DNA of 64,000 bases, taken from assembly GCA_048772705.1 (NCBI GenBank), contig JBLWGC010000174.1:1-64000 (forward strand). The letters are read 5' to 3'. Position 1 is the first letter of the stretch. The number at the start of each line of letters is the position of its first letter. A model generated the notes under the pieces. It did not search any database. It had not been told where the DNA came from and worked only from the letters and a program-made list of their open reading frames with translations. The stretch comes from Leidyana gryllorum EB-2025a. Taxonomy: Eukaryota > Protista > Apicomplexa. This document shows positions 1 to 9,301 of this stretch, in pieces. The position numbers and the translations under genes are program-made.

Positions 1-56
1 TTGCCTTGTGGTAGGGGATGGAGGTCCAACATCTCCGATCGTTCCAAACCATCTTC

Positions 57-128
57 AGGGCACGCGCGGAGTTGAACCACGGACTTGCTGATCTGCAGTC
101 AGCTGCTCTACCACTGAGCTACGTACCC
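57..128 (-). tRNA. trnC-GCA: tRNA-Cys(GCA)
   Basis: GGGTACG..CTGA CT GCA GA TCAG..CGTGCCCT. Confidence 0.9.
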
Positions 129-223
129 AGAACTGCCCGTCATACTCGCTCAACTCGATTCTGTCTTCTCATTTGAAGCAAAACGGCCGTTATTGTGCAC
201 GAGCTTGAACAACAACGAGTCAT

Positions 224-294
224 GCATCTGTGGTCTAGTGGTAGAATGTTTCGTTGCCACCGAGACGACCCAGGTTCGATTCCCGGCAGATGCA
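224..294 (+). tRNA. trnG-GCC: tRNA-Gly(GCC)
   Basis: GCATCTG..TT GCC AC..CAGATGCA. Confidence 0.85.
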
Positions 295-376
295 GAGAAG
301 ATGGCAGATGGTTGATTGAGGCACAATTCTGGGGTTTCAGGAGTGAGTTGTTGTCTGCCCCTCCAATCAGATCGCA

Positions 377-458
377 CGACAACTGCTGGATTTGAACCAG
401 CGCGGGCCAGGCCCAGTAGATTTCAAGTCTACCCCCTTAACCACTCGGGCAAGTTGCC
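377..458 (-). tRNA. trnS-TGA: tRNA-Ser(TGA)
   Basis: GTAGA CT TGA AA TCTAC, long variable arm. Confidence 0.9.
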
Positions 459-676
459 AACTGTCGAATTCGACATGCCGCGAGGAGTGACCAAATGCCC
501 CCATGTTCAGCCTGTCCTGCGCCATTGATAGGTGTCTAAACTGACCTCTCGCGTGCAAAGTCACCGCTCTACCACTTGAGATAGCCGCCCGCCCGCCAAA
601 CCTAGGTGAACTTTCCATCTGAGACCGACTCACAGTTCTCTGGCGCCTCATTCGTCAGTGCAACTGTTGTGTCTCG

Positions 677-749
677 TCCACTGTAGTCTAAATGGCTCGG
701 ATATGCGGCTCTCACCCGCACGATCCGGGTTCAAGTCCCGGCAGTGGAA
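677..749 (+). tRNA. trnE-CTC: tRNA-Glu(CTC)
   Basis: TCCACTG..CT CTC AC..CAGTGGAA; D-arm variants. Confidence 0.8.
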
Positions 750-809
750 ATCCAGCAGAGTGTGCTTGTAGGCAACGGTTCCATTCCTACTCCCAGAGAC
801 ATTGATTTG

Positions 810-882
810 CACCGCCCGCGGGGCTCGAACCCGCGACTGCAAGATTAAAAGTCTTGCGCTCTACCGACTGAGCTAGGGCGGC
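810..882 (-). tRNA. trnK-TTT: tRNA-Lys(TTT)
   Basis: CAAGA CT TTT AA TCTTG, intact cloverleaf. Confidence 0.92.
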
Positions 883-958
883 AGGAATGCAAGGACAAAA
901 AACCCGATAGCCCGACATCTTAAGTGGCTTTGGTACCCACCACCCTCACTTGAAGATT

Positions 959-1031
959 GTCCGGGTCGTCTAGGTGCTTACAACAGCAAGTTGTGGCCGT
1001 GCATACCCAGGCCCGAATCCTGGCTTGGATA
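959..1031 (+). pseudogene. degenerate tRNA-His(GTG)
   Basis: His body with damaged D and T arms. Confidence 0.6.
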
Positions 1032-1152
1032 GTATGTCCCCGATGTCTCGAATGGGAGATGTGGGTGAAGTCTGCCCACACCCACCATCGGGCGTAGCTG
1101 CCCATGTCCTGTCTTGATCGCTACACACTCCCATTTGACGGCTCCGCTAGTC

Positions 1153-1225
1153 GGCGCTATGGCCTAATGGATATGGCATCGGTCTACGGAACCGGGGATT
1201 CTGGGTTCGAGTCCCAGTAGCGTCT
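1153..1225 (+). tRNA. trnR-ACG: tRNA-Arg(ACG)
   Basis: TCGGT CT ACG GA ACCGG. Confidence 0.9.
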
Positions 1226-1271
1226 GGACGAATGGCCGGGTTGCAGCCTGTTGCGTCAACAACTATCAGAC

Positions 1272-1343
1272 GGGCTGTTCTGGGAATCGAACCCAGGACT
1301 CCTTCCACCCTAAGGAAGGATCATACCACTAGACCAAACAGCC
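1272..1343 (-). tRNA. trnP-AGG: tRNA-Pro(AGG)
   Basis: CTTCC TT AGG GT GGAAG; GGCTGTT/AACAGCC acceptor. Confidence 0.92.
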
Positions 1344-1432
1344 GCCTAGCCGGTGGTTCAACCCGCTGGGTACAGTCGAGAGAGTGGTCATACGATGTTG
1401 AGAACAAAAAAATGCAATGGGGTCTCCACAAT

Positions 1433-1505
1433 GGGCTACTGGCTCAAATGGTAGAGCGCTCGCTTAGCATGCGAGAGGTACTGGGATCGATGCCCAGGTC
1501 GTCCA
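1433..1505 (+). tRNA. trnA-AGC: tRNA-Ala(AGC)
   Basis: CTCGC TT AGC AT GCGAG; GGATCGATG T-loop. Confidence 0.8.
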
Positions 1506-1606
1506 AACTTCGTAGTCTGCAACTGCCGGTATTTAAATACATATTTACGACCTTGGAAGGGTCCAAGAGCACAAGTGCCGTCTAGGGAGTACGGTGCCGC
1601 AGCACC

Positions 1607-1679
1607 CGGTCCTGGCAGGTTTCGAACCTGCGACTTTGTGGTTAACAGCCACACGCTCTGCCGACTGAGCTACAAGACC
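1607..1679 (-). tRNA. trnN-GTT: tRNA-Asn(GTT)
   Basis: TGTGG CT GTT AA CCACA. Confidence 0.92.
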
Positions 1680-1801
1680 CAGTGACAATCTTTCAGAGGT
1701 TAGTAGGGAGATCCTTCATCTTCTAGCGAAGAATTTTGCAGCCCTCTCAGGTCGTTATCGAGATCTGAGAGACCAGCCAGAAAAGCTTAAGCTCGTGAGC
1801 A

Positions 1802-1873
1802 AGCCTTCTGCCGGAATCGAACCGGCGACCTTTCGCTTACTAAGCGAATGCTCTGCCCCTAAGCTAAGAAGGC
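1802..1873 (-). tRNA. trnT-AGT: tRNA-Thr(AGT)
   Basis: TTCGC TT AGT AA GCGAA. Confidence 0.92.
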
Positions 1874-1941
1874 AATACAAGCCGAAGATCACGAATCAGT
1901 TACTATTGACGGGGAATACTGGAGCACTTTGCTCGAGTAAC

Positions 1942-2014
1942 TTCCACTGCCGGGACATGAACCCGGATCGTGCGGGTGAAAGCGGCATATCCTAGCCACT
2001 TAGACTACAGTGGA
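1942..2014 (-). tRNA. trnE-TTC: tRNA-Glu(TTC)
   Basis: Glu body with TTC, minor variants. Confidence 0.75.
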
Positions 2015-2045
2015 CAAGCTCCCGAGATGACCAAAGCTTGTCTAT

Positions 2046-2081
2046 GGTGCGGTGGTCTAATGGATATGGCCATCCGCATCA
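2046..2081 (+). pseudogene. internally deleted tRNA-Arg(TCG)
   Basis: GGTGCGGTGG..GGATATGGC fused to CATCCGCATCA; compare 44729-44801. Confidence 0.7.
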
Positions 2082-2259
2082 TAGCCTCGCACCCGGAAGA
2101 CGTTCCGTTTCGACCGAGGCAAGCTTGCTAGCTGTATGGGGGCCACTGCTGCGCATGTCGAGTTGAAGTGCGGTGCCCAAGTCTATTCAAGGGCTACAGG
2201 GCACCCTTAAAGCTCTCAGCTCTGTAGTCAAATAGCGCCAGTTGCAGCACTACAAAGTT

Positions 2260-2332
2260 TGGACGACCTGGGTATCGATCCCAGTACCTCTCGCATGCAA
2301 AGCGAGCGCTCTACCATCTGAGCTAGCCGCCC
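2260..2332 (-). tRNA. trnA-TGC: tRNA-Ala(TGC)
   Basis: CTCGC TT TGC AT GCGAG. Confidence 0.92.
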
Positions 2333-2390
2333 ATCCGCTCTACATGGAAGACCTATTGCATCCAGTGGCTGACCGAGCCGATACAACGGC

Positions 2391-2470
2391 TGAGTAGAGT
2401 GGGATTCGAACCCACGCCCTTTCGGACTGCGGCCTGAACACAGCGCCTTGGACCACTCGGCCATCTTGCC
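2391..2470 (-). tRNA. trnL-CAG: tRNA-Leu(CAG)
   Basis: CTGTG TT CAG GC CGCAG; 3' acceptor variants. Confidence 0.78.
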
Positions 2471-2689
2471 GAAATGTTGTTGGCTCGCCGCTCCACGCGT
2501 TTTCTATCCGTGGAATCTCAAAATGGAAGAACTTCTGGGGTTGGGGGCCAGCGTATCCAGAGGAACCGAGATAGTATAGCGGTTAGTATTCCGCCTATCA
2601 CGCGGAAAACCAAGATCGATTCCCGGTCTCGGAGCACAGTTGGTTGCGCTTAGGATTGTTTCTTTCGGATATCGCTGAAAGTTGCGAGC

Positions 2690-2762
2690 TACAGCCACCG
2701 AGGATCGGACTCGGGACCTTCTGCGTGTGAAGCAGACGTCGTGACCACTAGACCATGGCTGC
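2690..2762 (-). tRNA. trnV-CAC: tRNA-Val(CAC)
   Basis: TCTGC TT CAC AC GCAGA; T-loop variant. Confidence 0.75.
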
Positions 2763-2882
2763 ACGGAGCCTGCGGACTGGGAAAAAAGGCGTGTGTCTCT
2801 GGAAACACGTATCCTGATGATCTAGTTGAGGGAGCGCTAGTCCGGATGGCTCTATCAACTCTTTTTTGGGAAGGACTGAATG

Positions 2883-2954
2883 GGTTGCGTGGTGTAGTGG
2901 TTAGCACTGGAGACTCTGAATCTCCCGACCTGCGTTCGATTCCCGGCGCGACCT
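2883..2954 (+). tRNA. trnQ-CTG: tRNA-Gln(CTG)
   Basis: GGAGA CT CTG AA TCTCC. Confidence 0.85.
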
Positions 2955-3049
2955 CAAAACTAGTACTCAGTACTTCGTAAAACCTCGCCACTTCTCTTGG
3001 TCTGCGGGACCTTCTCTGCAGCCATGGTCTAGTGGTCACGACGTCTGAC

Positions 3050-3121
3050 GGGCTGTTCTGGGAATCGAACCCAGGACTCTTTCCACCCTAAGGAAGGATC
3101 ATACCACCAGATCAAACAGCC
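3050..3121 (-). tRNA. trnP-AGG: tRNA-Pro(AGG)
   Basis: Pro body, few substitutions; abuts a Val 5' half at 3018-3047. Confidence 0.72.
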
Positions 3122-3385
3122 GCCTAGTCGGTGGTTCAACCCGCTGGGTACAGTCAAGAGACTCGTCTCACTATGTGAAGTATCACTCAAGGCCATGAGG
3201 TAGGCACAGAGGGAGGCAAGCCCAGATGATGAAACGGTGCTTAGTGTACGAAAGGTTCTGGGATCGATTCTCAGCTCATCCGAACTAGATAGATGGAACC
3301 CTCGCCGGAGTATTCTAGTTGGCCTATCAACGCTGTCTGCCAACACCATCAGGTTGAGTAGTACTTTGCCAATCACCACTCTACT

Positions 3386-3465
3386 TCCGGTGGGACGGAA
3401 TCGAACCGCCAACTATCTGATGCCAGCACTACAGTCAGATGCTCTACCAACTGAGCTACCCCCGG
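3386..3465 (-). tRNA. trnY-GTA: tRNA-Tyr(GTA) with 7-nt intron
   Basis: C1:G72, A73; TCTGA CT GTA G [TGCTGGC] A TCAGA. Confidence 0.85.
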
Positions 3466-3692
3466 CCGTCCAACTGCTCCGGGGTTCAAAAGGCTCAACC
3501 CCAGATCCTCGCCTTTTCGGACAGCGGTCTGAGCACAGCGCCTTAGACTCGGCTATCTTGCCACAGTGTTGTTGGTTCATCGCTCCACGCGTTTTTTGTC
3601 CGTGAGCCAAAATAGAAAGACTTCTGGGATTGGAGGCCGGCGTGTTCAGAGCGTCCGAGATAGTATAGTGGTTAGTAAGGGAGATAGATCCA

Positions 3693-3765
3693 CACCGCCC
3701 GCGGGGCTCGAACCCGCGACTGCAAGATTGAAAGTCTTGCGCTCTACGGACTGAGCTAGGGCGGC
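3693..3765 (-). tRNA. tRNA-Lys body with TTC anticodon
   Basis: CAAGA CT TTC AA TCTTG in otherwise Lys(TTT) sequence. Confidence 0.7.
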
Positions 3766-4028
3766 AACGAAGCTCTAAACTGAGTTACACCCTATTTGCC
3801 GTTGGGTGGAGCCCTGGATCCGTTCGACAGGTGGAACAATGAGCTTCAGTAACTTCCGTTAACATTGCCTTCTTGGCTGGTGGCAGAGCATTCGCTCTTA
3901 AGCGAAAGGTCGCCGGTTCGATTCCGGAAGAAGGTTTTGCTAACGCACTTAAGCTTTTCTGAGTGGTCTCTCAGTCTCGATAAGGATCTGAGAGGTTTGG
4001 AGGGAATTGCAATGCACTTTAGATTGGT

Positions 4029-4100
4029 TGTCCGAGCCAGGAATCGAGCCTGGGTTTGCACGGCCACAACGTGCTGTCCTAACCACTAGACGACTCGGAC
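4029..4100 (-). tRNA. trnH-GTG: tRNA-His(GTG)
   Basis: GCACG TT GTG GC CGTGC. Confidence 0.9.
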
Positions 4101-4346
4101 AAATCTTTGAGCGAGGCTGTAGAGGTAACGAAGCATCGATCAGGATGGGATGGAACAGCCACTCCTCAACTTCGGGTGGGACGGAATTGACTCGTGGAAT
4201 ATCTGATGCCACCACTACAGTCAGATACGTTACCATCTCAGCACCCCGGGCCGTAAGAGTACTTCGGGGTGGCACACCGCAGCCAGAACGACATCGGCGG
4301 TCGCAACGGAAGCCATTAACACTCTGGAACTCAGAAGGAAAGTAAT

Positions 4347-4430
4347 GCACAGATGCCCGAGTGGTCTAAGGGGCCAGACTCAAGTTCTGGTAGGCGCAAG
4401 CCTGCATGGGTTCGAATCCCATTCTGTGCA
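4347..4430 (+). tRNA. trnL-CAA: tRNA-Leu(CAA)
   Basis: CCAGA CT CAA GT TCTGG, long variable arm, no intron. Confidence 0.92.
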
Positions 4431-4705
4431 ACGGCTATCATCCCCAAAAAAAAGCTGGAAAAGGCCACAGTCGGTTGCATGCACCCGAGTATTCGGCTGT
4501 TGTTCTGCTGGTATGATCCTTCCTCAGAGTGGAAGGAGTCCTGGGTTCGATTCCAGAACAGCCCTATTGGTCGTCGTTTGACTTGACCGGACATGTTGCC
4601 CTCAGAATCAACACAGCCACCTCGTTAGCCCGCTTCGGTGGGGCAGTCAGGGCAACTAACATCTCGAAAATCACATTTCGGCTACCTCTTCCATGTTGCA
4701 GACTG

Positions 4706-4777
4706 AGCAGTGTAGCTCAGTGGAAGAGTGTTAGGCTCATAACGCAAAGGTCCGTCGATCGAAACGACGCACTGCTA
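4706..4777 (+). pseudogene. initiator tRNA-Met(CAT), damaged anticodon stem
   Basis: AGCAGTG..GATCGAAAC..CACTGCTA; stem TTAGG/CGCAA. Confidence 0.65.
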
Positions 4778-5025
4778 AGTGTGCGCAGAAGGGAACAGTT
4801 GCAGGATAGATTGGCTCGTGAGCCAAGCCTGCTGCCCGAATCGAACCGGCGACCTTTCACTTACTAAGCGAATGCTCTGCCCCAAGCCAAAAAGGCAATG
4901 TTAACTGGACATCACGCGTGAGGAGCCTATTGACGGAAGTTACTGAAGCACAGTGTTCCACCACTCAACACTCCCACTGCTCCACCCACCGGCAAATAGG
5001 GTGTAACTAAGTTGAGAGCTTCCTT

Positions 5026-5098
5026 GCCGCCCTAGCTCAGTCGGTAGAGCGCAAGACTTTTAATCTTGCAGTCGCGGGTTCGAGCCCCGCGGACGGTG
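5026..5098 (+). tRNA. trnK-TTT: tRNA-Lys(TTT)
   Basis: intact anticodon arm, one acceptor mismatch. Confidence 0.85.
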
Positions 5099-5158
5099 CA
5101 AATCAATGTCTCTGGGAGTAGGAATGGAACCGTTGCCTACAAGCACACTCAGCTGGAT

Positions 5159-5231
5159 TTCCACTGCCGGGACTTGAACCCGGATCGTGCGGGTGAGAGC
5201 CGCATATCCTAGCCACTTAGACCACAGTAGA
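5159..5231 (-). tRNA. trnE-CTC: tRNA-Glu(CTC)
   Basis: Glu body, CTC. Confidence 0.8.
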
Positions 5232-5345
5232 CAACTCCCTCAGCTGCAGCTTTAGCCGAGAGCCGTACCTCTTGACAAGACGTGGTTGCAATCCTGCGGT
5301 ACAAAAAGGAGGATGTCTATACTAACCTGTGAACCATTGTAGCTG

Positions 5346-5418
5346 GGTCTTGTAGCTCAGTCGGCAGAGCGTGTGGTTGTTAACCACAAAGTCGCAGGTT
5401 CGAAACCTGCCAGGACCG
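5346..5418 (+). tRNA. trnN-GTT: tRNA-Asn(GTT)
   Basis: Asn body, GTT. Confidence 0.88.
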
Positions 5419-5533
5419 GTTTCAGAGGCACACTAAACACTGACTGCGCTGCTCTCCCAATGGCACTTGTGGTCTGCGACTCTTCAAAGATGTAAGTTTG
5501 TTTGGATCCCGCCACGTGCAGCCGTATGTACTT

Positions 5534-5606
5534 TGGACGACCTGGGTATCGATCCCAGTACCTCTCGCATGCGAAGCGAGCGCACTACCATCTGAGCTAG
5601 CCGCCC
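5534..5606 (-). tRNA. trnA-CGC: tRNA-Ala(CGC)
   Basis: CTCGC TT CGC AT GCGAG. Confidence 0.82.
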
Positions 5607-5666
5607 ATGCGCTCTACATGGAAGACCTATTGCATCCAGTGGCTGACCGAGGGCCGATAAAACGGC

Positions 5667-5746
5667 TGACAAGAGTGGGATTCGAACCCACGCCCTTTCG
5701 GACTGCGGCCTTAACACAGCGCCTTGGACCACTCGGCCATCTTGCC
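5667..5746 (-). tRNA. trnL-AAG: tRNA-Leu(AAG)
   Basis: CTGTG TT AAG GC CGCAG. Confidence 0.92.
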
Positions 5747-5973
5747 GGAGTGTTCTTGGCTCGCCACTTTACACGTTTTCTGTTCGTGAAGTCTCGAGAA
5801 GGAAGGCTTTTCTCACGGCCCGCGGTGCTTAGATGGCAACCCATCTGATGGTAGTGGTGGCATCAGCTATTCGACGAGGAAATTCCGTCCGCCGGGAGTT
5901 GAGGAGTGGACTTCTTACAACGCATTCCATCCTGATCGATGCTTCGCTACCTCTACAGCCTCGCTCAAAGATT

Positions 5974-6045
5974 GTCCGAGTCGTCTAGTGGTTAGGACAG
6001 CACGTTGTGGCCGTGTAAACCCAGGCTCGATTCCTGGCTCGGACA
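5974..6045 (+). tRNA. trnH-GTG: tRNA-His(GTG)
   Basis: His body, GTG. Confidence 0.88.
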
Positions 6046-6120
6046 AGCAGTCTAAAGTGCATTGCTCTTCGCCCCGGTTGAAAATATTGTTGCAGCCATG
6101 GTCAAGCCTGTACGATCGGC

Positions 6121-6191
6121 TGCACCTGCCGGGACTCGAACCCGGGCTGCGAGCATGGGAAGCTCGCATCCTACCCTTGGACCACAAGTGC
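6121..6191 (-). tRNA. trnG-CCC: tRNA-Gly(CCC)
   Basis: CGAGC TT CCC AT GCTCG; GCACTTG/CAGGTGC. Confidence 0.92.
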
Positions 6192-6282
6192 ACTCGAGAA
6201 AGAGCTTCAGCACCCCGAGACTCGGCCGCAGTCTGCGTTGAGCTAGTGGTTCAGCTTTGCAGGTGCCCAGTCGATGCAGTCG

Positions 6283-6354
6283 AGCCTCCTGCCGGAAACG
6301 AACCGGCGACCTTTCGCTTACTAAGCGAATGCTCTGCCCCTAAGCTAAGAAGGC
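6283..6354 (-). tRNA. trnT-AGT: tRNA-Thr(AGT)
   Basis: Thr body, AGT, T-loop variant. Confidence 0.75.
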
Positions 6355-6901
6355 AATGCAAGCCGAAGATCACGAGTCAGTCACTATTGACGGAGGTTAC
6401 TGAAGCACTTTGCTCGAATAGTCCAATGACTTCCACTGTCGGACTTGAACCCGGATCGTGCGGGTGAAAGCCGCATATCCTAGCCACTTAGACTACAGTG
6501 GACAACGTCCTCAGCTGCAGCTTTGGACGAGAGATAGAGCGTCGGGTCAACCGACAACCAACGGGGCTGCTCTGGGAATCAAACCCAGGACTTCTTCTAC
6601 CCTAAGGAAGGATCAGACCACCAGACCAAACAGCCGCCTAGCCGGTGGTTCAACCCGCTGGGTATAGTCGAGAGACTCGTCTCACTATGTGAAGTATCAC
6701 TCAGTGTCATGAGGTAGGCACACAGGGAGGCTGGCCCAGATGATGAAACGGTGGCTTAGTATACGAAAGGTTCTGGGATCGATTCCCAACCTTTCCGAAC
6801 TACAATAGATGGAACCCTCGCCGGAGTTGTCTAGTTGGCCTATCAACGCTGTCTGCCAAAATCGTCAGGTTGAGTAGTAGTTCTCAAACCATCTCTCTAC
6901 T

Positions 6902-6982
6902 TCCGGTGGGACGGAATCGAACCGCCGACTATCTGATGCCACTACTACAGTCAGATGCTCTACCAACTGAGCTACCCCCCCG
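6902..6982 (-). tRNA. trnY-GTA: tRNA-Tyr(GTA) with 7-nt intron
   Basis: intron variant TAGTGGC; extra G in 5' acceptor run. Confidence 0.75.
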
Positions 6983-7176
6983 GCCGGCCAACGGCGTCGA
7001 GGTATGCAAGCTCAACCTCAAACCCTGGACGGTGACAGTTTAAGCTCTCAACTACGCCACAGATTTCGGGGTCGTCCGAGGTGCCAGACTCAAGTTCTGG
7101 TAAGACTAGACGATCTGGGATATCGATTCTAGTAGCTGGTTGCATCCAATGGCTCACCGAGTGCCAATACAACGGC

Positions 7177-7265
7177 TGACAAGAGTGGGATTCGAACCCA
7201 CGCCCTTTCGGACTGCGGCCTGAACACAGCGCCTTGGACCACTCGGACCACTTGGCCATCTTGCC
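7177..7265 (-). pseudogene. tRNA-Leu(CAG) with 9-nt D-arm duplication
   Basis: GACCACTCG GACCACTTG tandem. Confidence 0.7.
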
Positions 7266-7704
7266 GAAATGTTGTTGGCTCGCCGCTCCACGCTTTTTCT
7301 ATCCGTGGAATCTCAAAATGGAAGAACTTCTGGGGTTGCAGGCCGGCGTATCCAGAGCGTCCGAGATAGTATAGCGCTTAGTATTTCCGCCTATTACGCG
7401 GAAGACCAGGGTGGATTCCCGGTCTCGGAGCAGTTCCAGCCCCTCACAACTGCTGCAACTCAGATTTTGTCTCAGCTGGTCTGGACTTCATCCGGGATTA
7501 TACGAGTGGGAGCCGCGTATGGTAGCCGACCTTGGAGAGACGTGGCATTCAGTCAACAACGATCAGACGGGCTCTTCTGGGAATCGAACACAGGCCTTCT
7601 TCCACCCGACAGAAGAATCATACCACTAGACCAAACAGCCGCCTGTCGGTCGTGCAAACCGCTGAGGACACTTGAGATAGTGACACCAAATGTCACAACG
7701 TCGC

Positions 7705-7777
7705 TGCCTCGGCCGTGGATCGAACACGGGACTTCCAGATCTTCAGTCTGGCGCTCTCCCAACTGAGCTACCGAGGC
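7705..7777 (-). tRNA. trnF-GAA: tRNA-Phe(GAA)
   Basis: CCAGA CT GAA GA TCTGG; AGTTGGGAGAGC D-loop. Confidence 0.93.
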
Positions 7778-8172
7778 GGTAGGTAGTCACGGAAGGCGAT
7801 GAAAATAAGCACTTACCGCGGCGGTATGTGGGGCCACTCCTCGCCGCATGGCGAAATCGACAGTAGCCAACTTGCCCGAGTGGGGAAGGGGGTGGATTGG
7901 AATTCATGCGTAAGTTGGTGTCTGACCCCTCCAATCACATCGCACGACAACTGCTGGATCTGCACCAGCGCGGCCCAGGCCCAGTTGAATTCTGTGGTGG
8001 AAATGATGCTATTCCCAGCATCAAACCCTCATATGGATCGAGACAGGGAGTGCCTTCTTAGCTTAGGGGCAGAGCATTCGCTTAGTAAGCGAAAGGTCGC
8101 CGATTTGATTTCGGCAGAAGGCTTTGGTCACGACCCAATCAATTCTATAACTGTTTCCCTCCTGCGCACACT

Positions 8173-8244
8173 TAGCAGTGCGTCGTTTCGATCGACGAAC
8201 CTTTGGGTTATGAGCCCAACACTCTTCCACTGAGCTACACTGCT
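8173..8244 (-). tRNA. trnM-CAT: initiator tRNA-Met(CAT)
   Basis: A1:U72, GGG/CCC anticodon stem, GATCGAAAC T-loop. Confidence 0.88.
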
Positions 8245-8379
8245 CAGTCTGCAACATGGAAGAGGGAGCCGAAATGCGATTCTTGAGATGTTAATGGCCT
8301 TGAGTGCCGAAGTGGGCCAACGAGGTGGCTGTGTTGGCTGTGAGGGCAACTTGTCCCATCGGGTCAACCGACAACCAAC

Positions 8380-8451
8380 GGGCTGTTCTGGGAATCGAAC
8401 CCAGGACTCCTTCCACGCTAAGGAAGGATCATACCACTAGACCAAACAGCC
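8380..8451 (-). tRNA. tRNA-Pro body with AGC anticodon
   Basis: CTTCC TT AGC GT GGAAG in otherwise intact Pro. Confidence 0.7.
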
Positions 8452-8654
8452 GACTGGTCGGTGGTGGAAATTGCTGGTAGAGTCGGGAGACTGGTCATAA
8501 TATGTCAGCGGCTAGCTCAAATGATATAGCACTCGCTTAAGATGCGAGAGATACTGGGATCAATGCCCAGGTCGTCCAAACTTCTAACAGCTGCACCTGC
8601 GGTATTTGAAAACAGAGTCACGACCGAATGGAGTTGATGCCCGATCACATAACA

Positions 8655-8736
8655 CGACAACTGCTGGATTTGAACCAGCGCGGTCCACGCCCAGTGGATT
8701 TCTAGTCTACCCCCTTAACCACTCGGGCAAGTTGCC
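8655..8736 (-). tRNA. trnS-AGA: tRNA-Ser(AGA)
   Basis: Ser body, AGA, some variants. Confidence 0.72.
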
Positions 8737-8946
8737 ACCTGTTCAACTCGGCATTTTGCGGCCAGTGGCTCCACATACGGTTCAGCAAGTTTGACTAGGA
8801 CTCTCCACCATTGAGTCTTGCGCTCTAGCGACGGAGCTGGCGCGGCAGGGAAGCTCGGACTTGGTAGCAAGTTCCTTTCGTATTAGTCGCAGAATGTTGT
8901 GGTTTCCTCGTGTGCGGGGCGACTCTTTAGCAGAGATCCCCTCACT

Positions 8947-9020
8947 TGGTCACGCCCGGGCTCGAACCGAGGACCTTGAGCTTATTAGGCTCACGCTCTA
9001 ACCGACTGAGCTACGCGACC
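8947..9020 (-). tRNA. trnI-AAT: tRNA-Ile(AAT)
   Basis: TGAGC CT AAT AA GCTCA. Confidence 0.88.
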
Positions 9021-9229
9021 ACTTCTGCAACGACAGATGGCACCGACCCGGATGCTGGATCCCCCAGAGCTGGAATCAAACATCAGAGCCATTTAGACAC
9101 TGGCGGACAGCACCCAATTTTCTAAGCAGGAGTCAGACGCGCTACGTTCCGCCATAGGCCCAAAAACATCCCCCGCTCCAGACTCATTGCCTTGTGGTCC
9201 AACATCTCCGATCGTTCCAAACCATCTTC

Positions 9230-9301
9230 AGGGCACGCGCGGAGTTAAACCACGGACTTGCTGATCTGCAGTCAGCTGCTCTACCACTGAGCTACGTACC
9301 C
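9230..9301 (-). tRNA. trnC-GCA: tRNA-Cys(GCA)
   Basis: Cys body, T-loop variant. Confidence 0.75.

Noticed and set aside
3867-3935. Thr-derived copy with TTA in the loop as an ochre suppressor
   Set aside because: The loop is shortened to 6 nt and the D-arm and acceptor are damaged; treated as a pseudogene.
7478-7500. Possible tRNA-Sec (GGTCTGGACTTCA)
   Set aside because: No Sec-type cloverleaf can be built around the TCA triplet.
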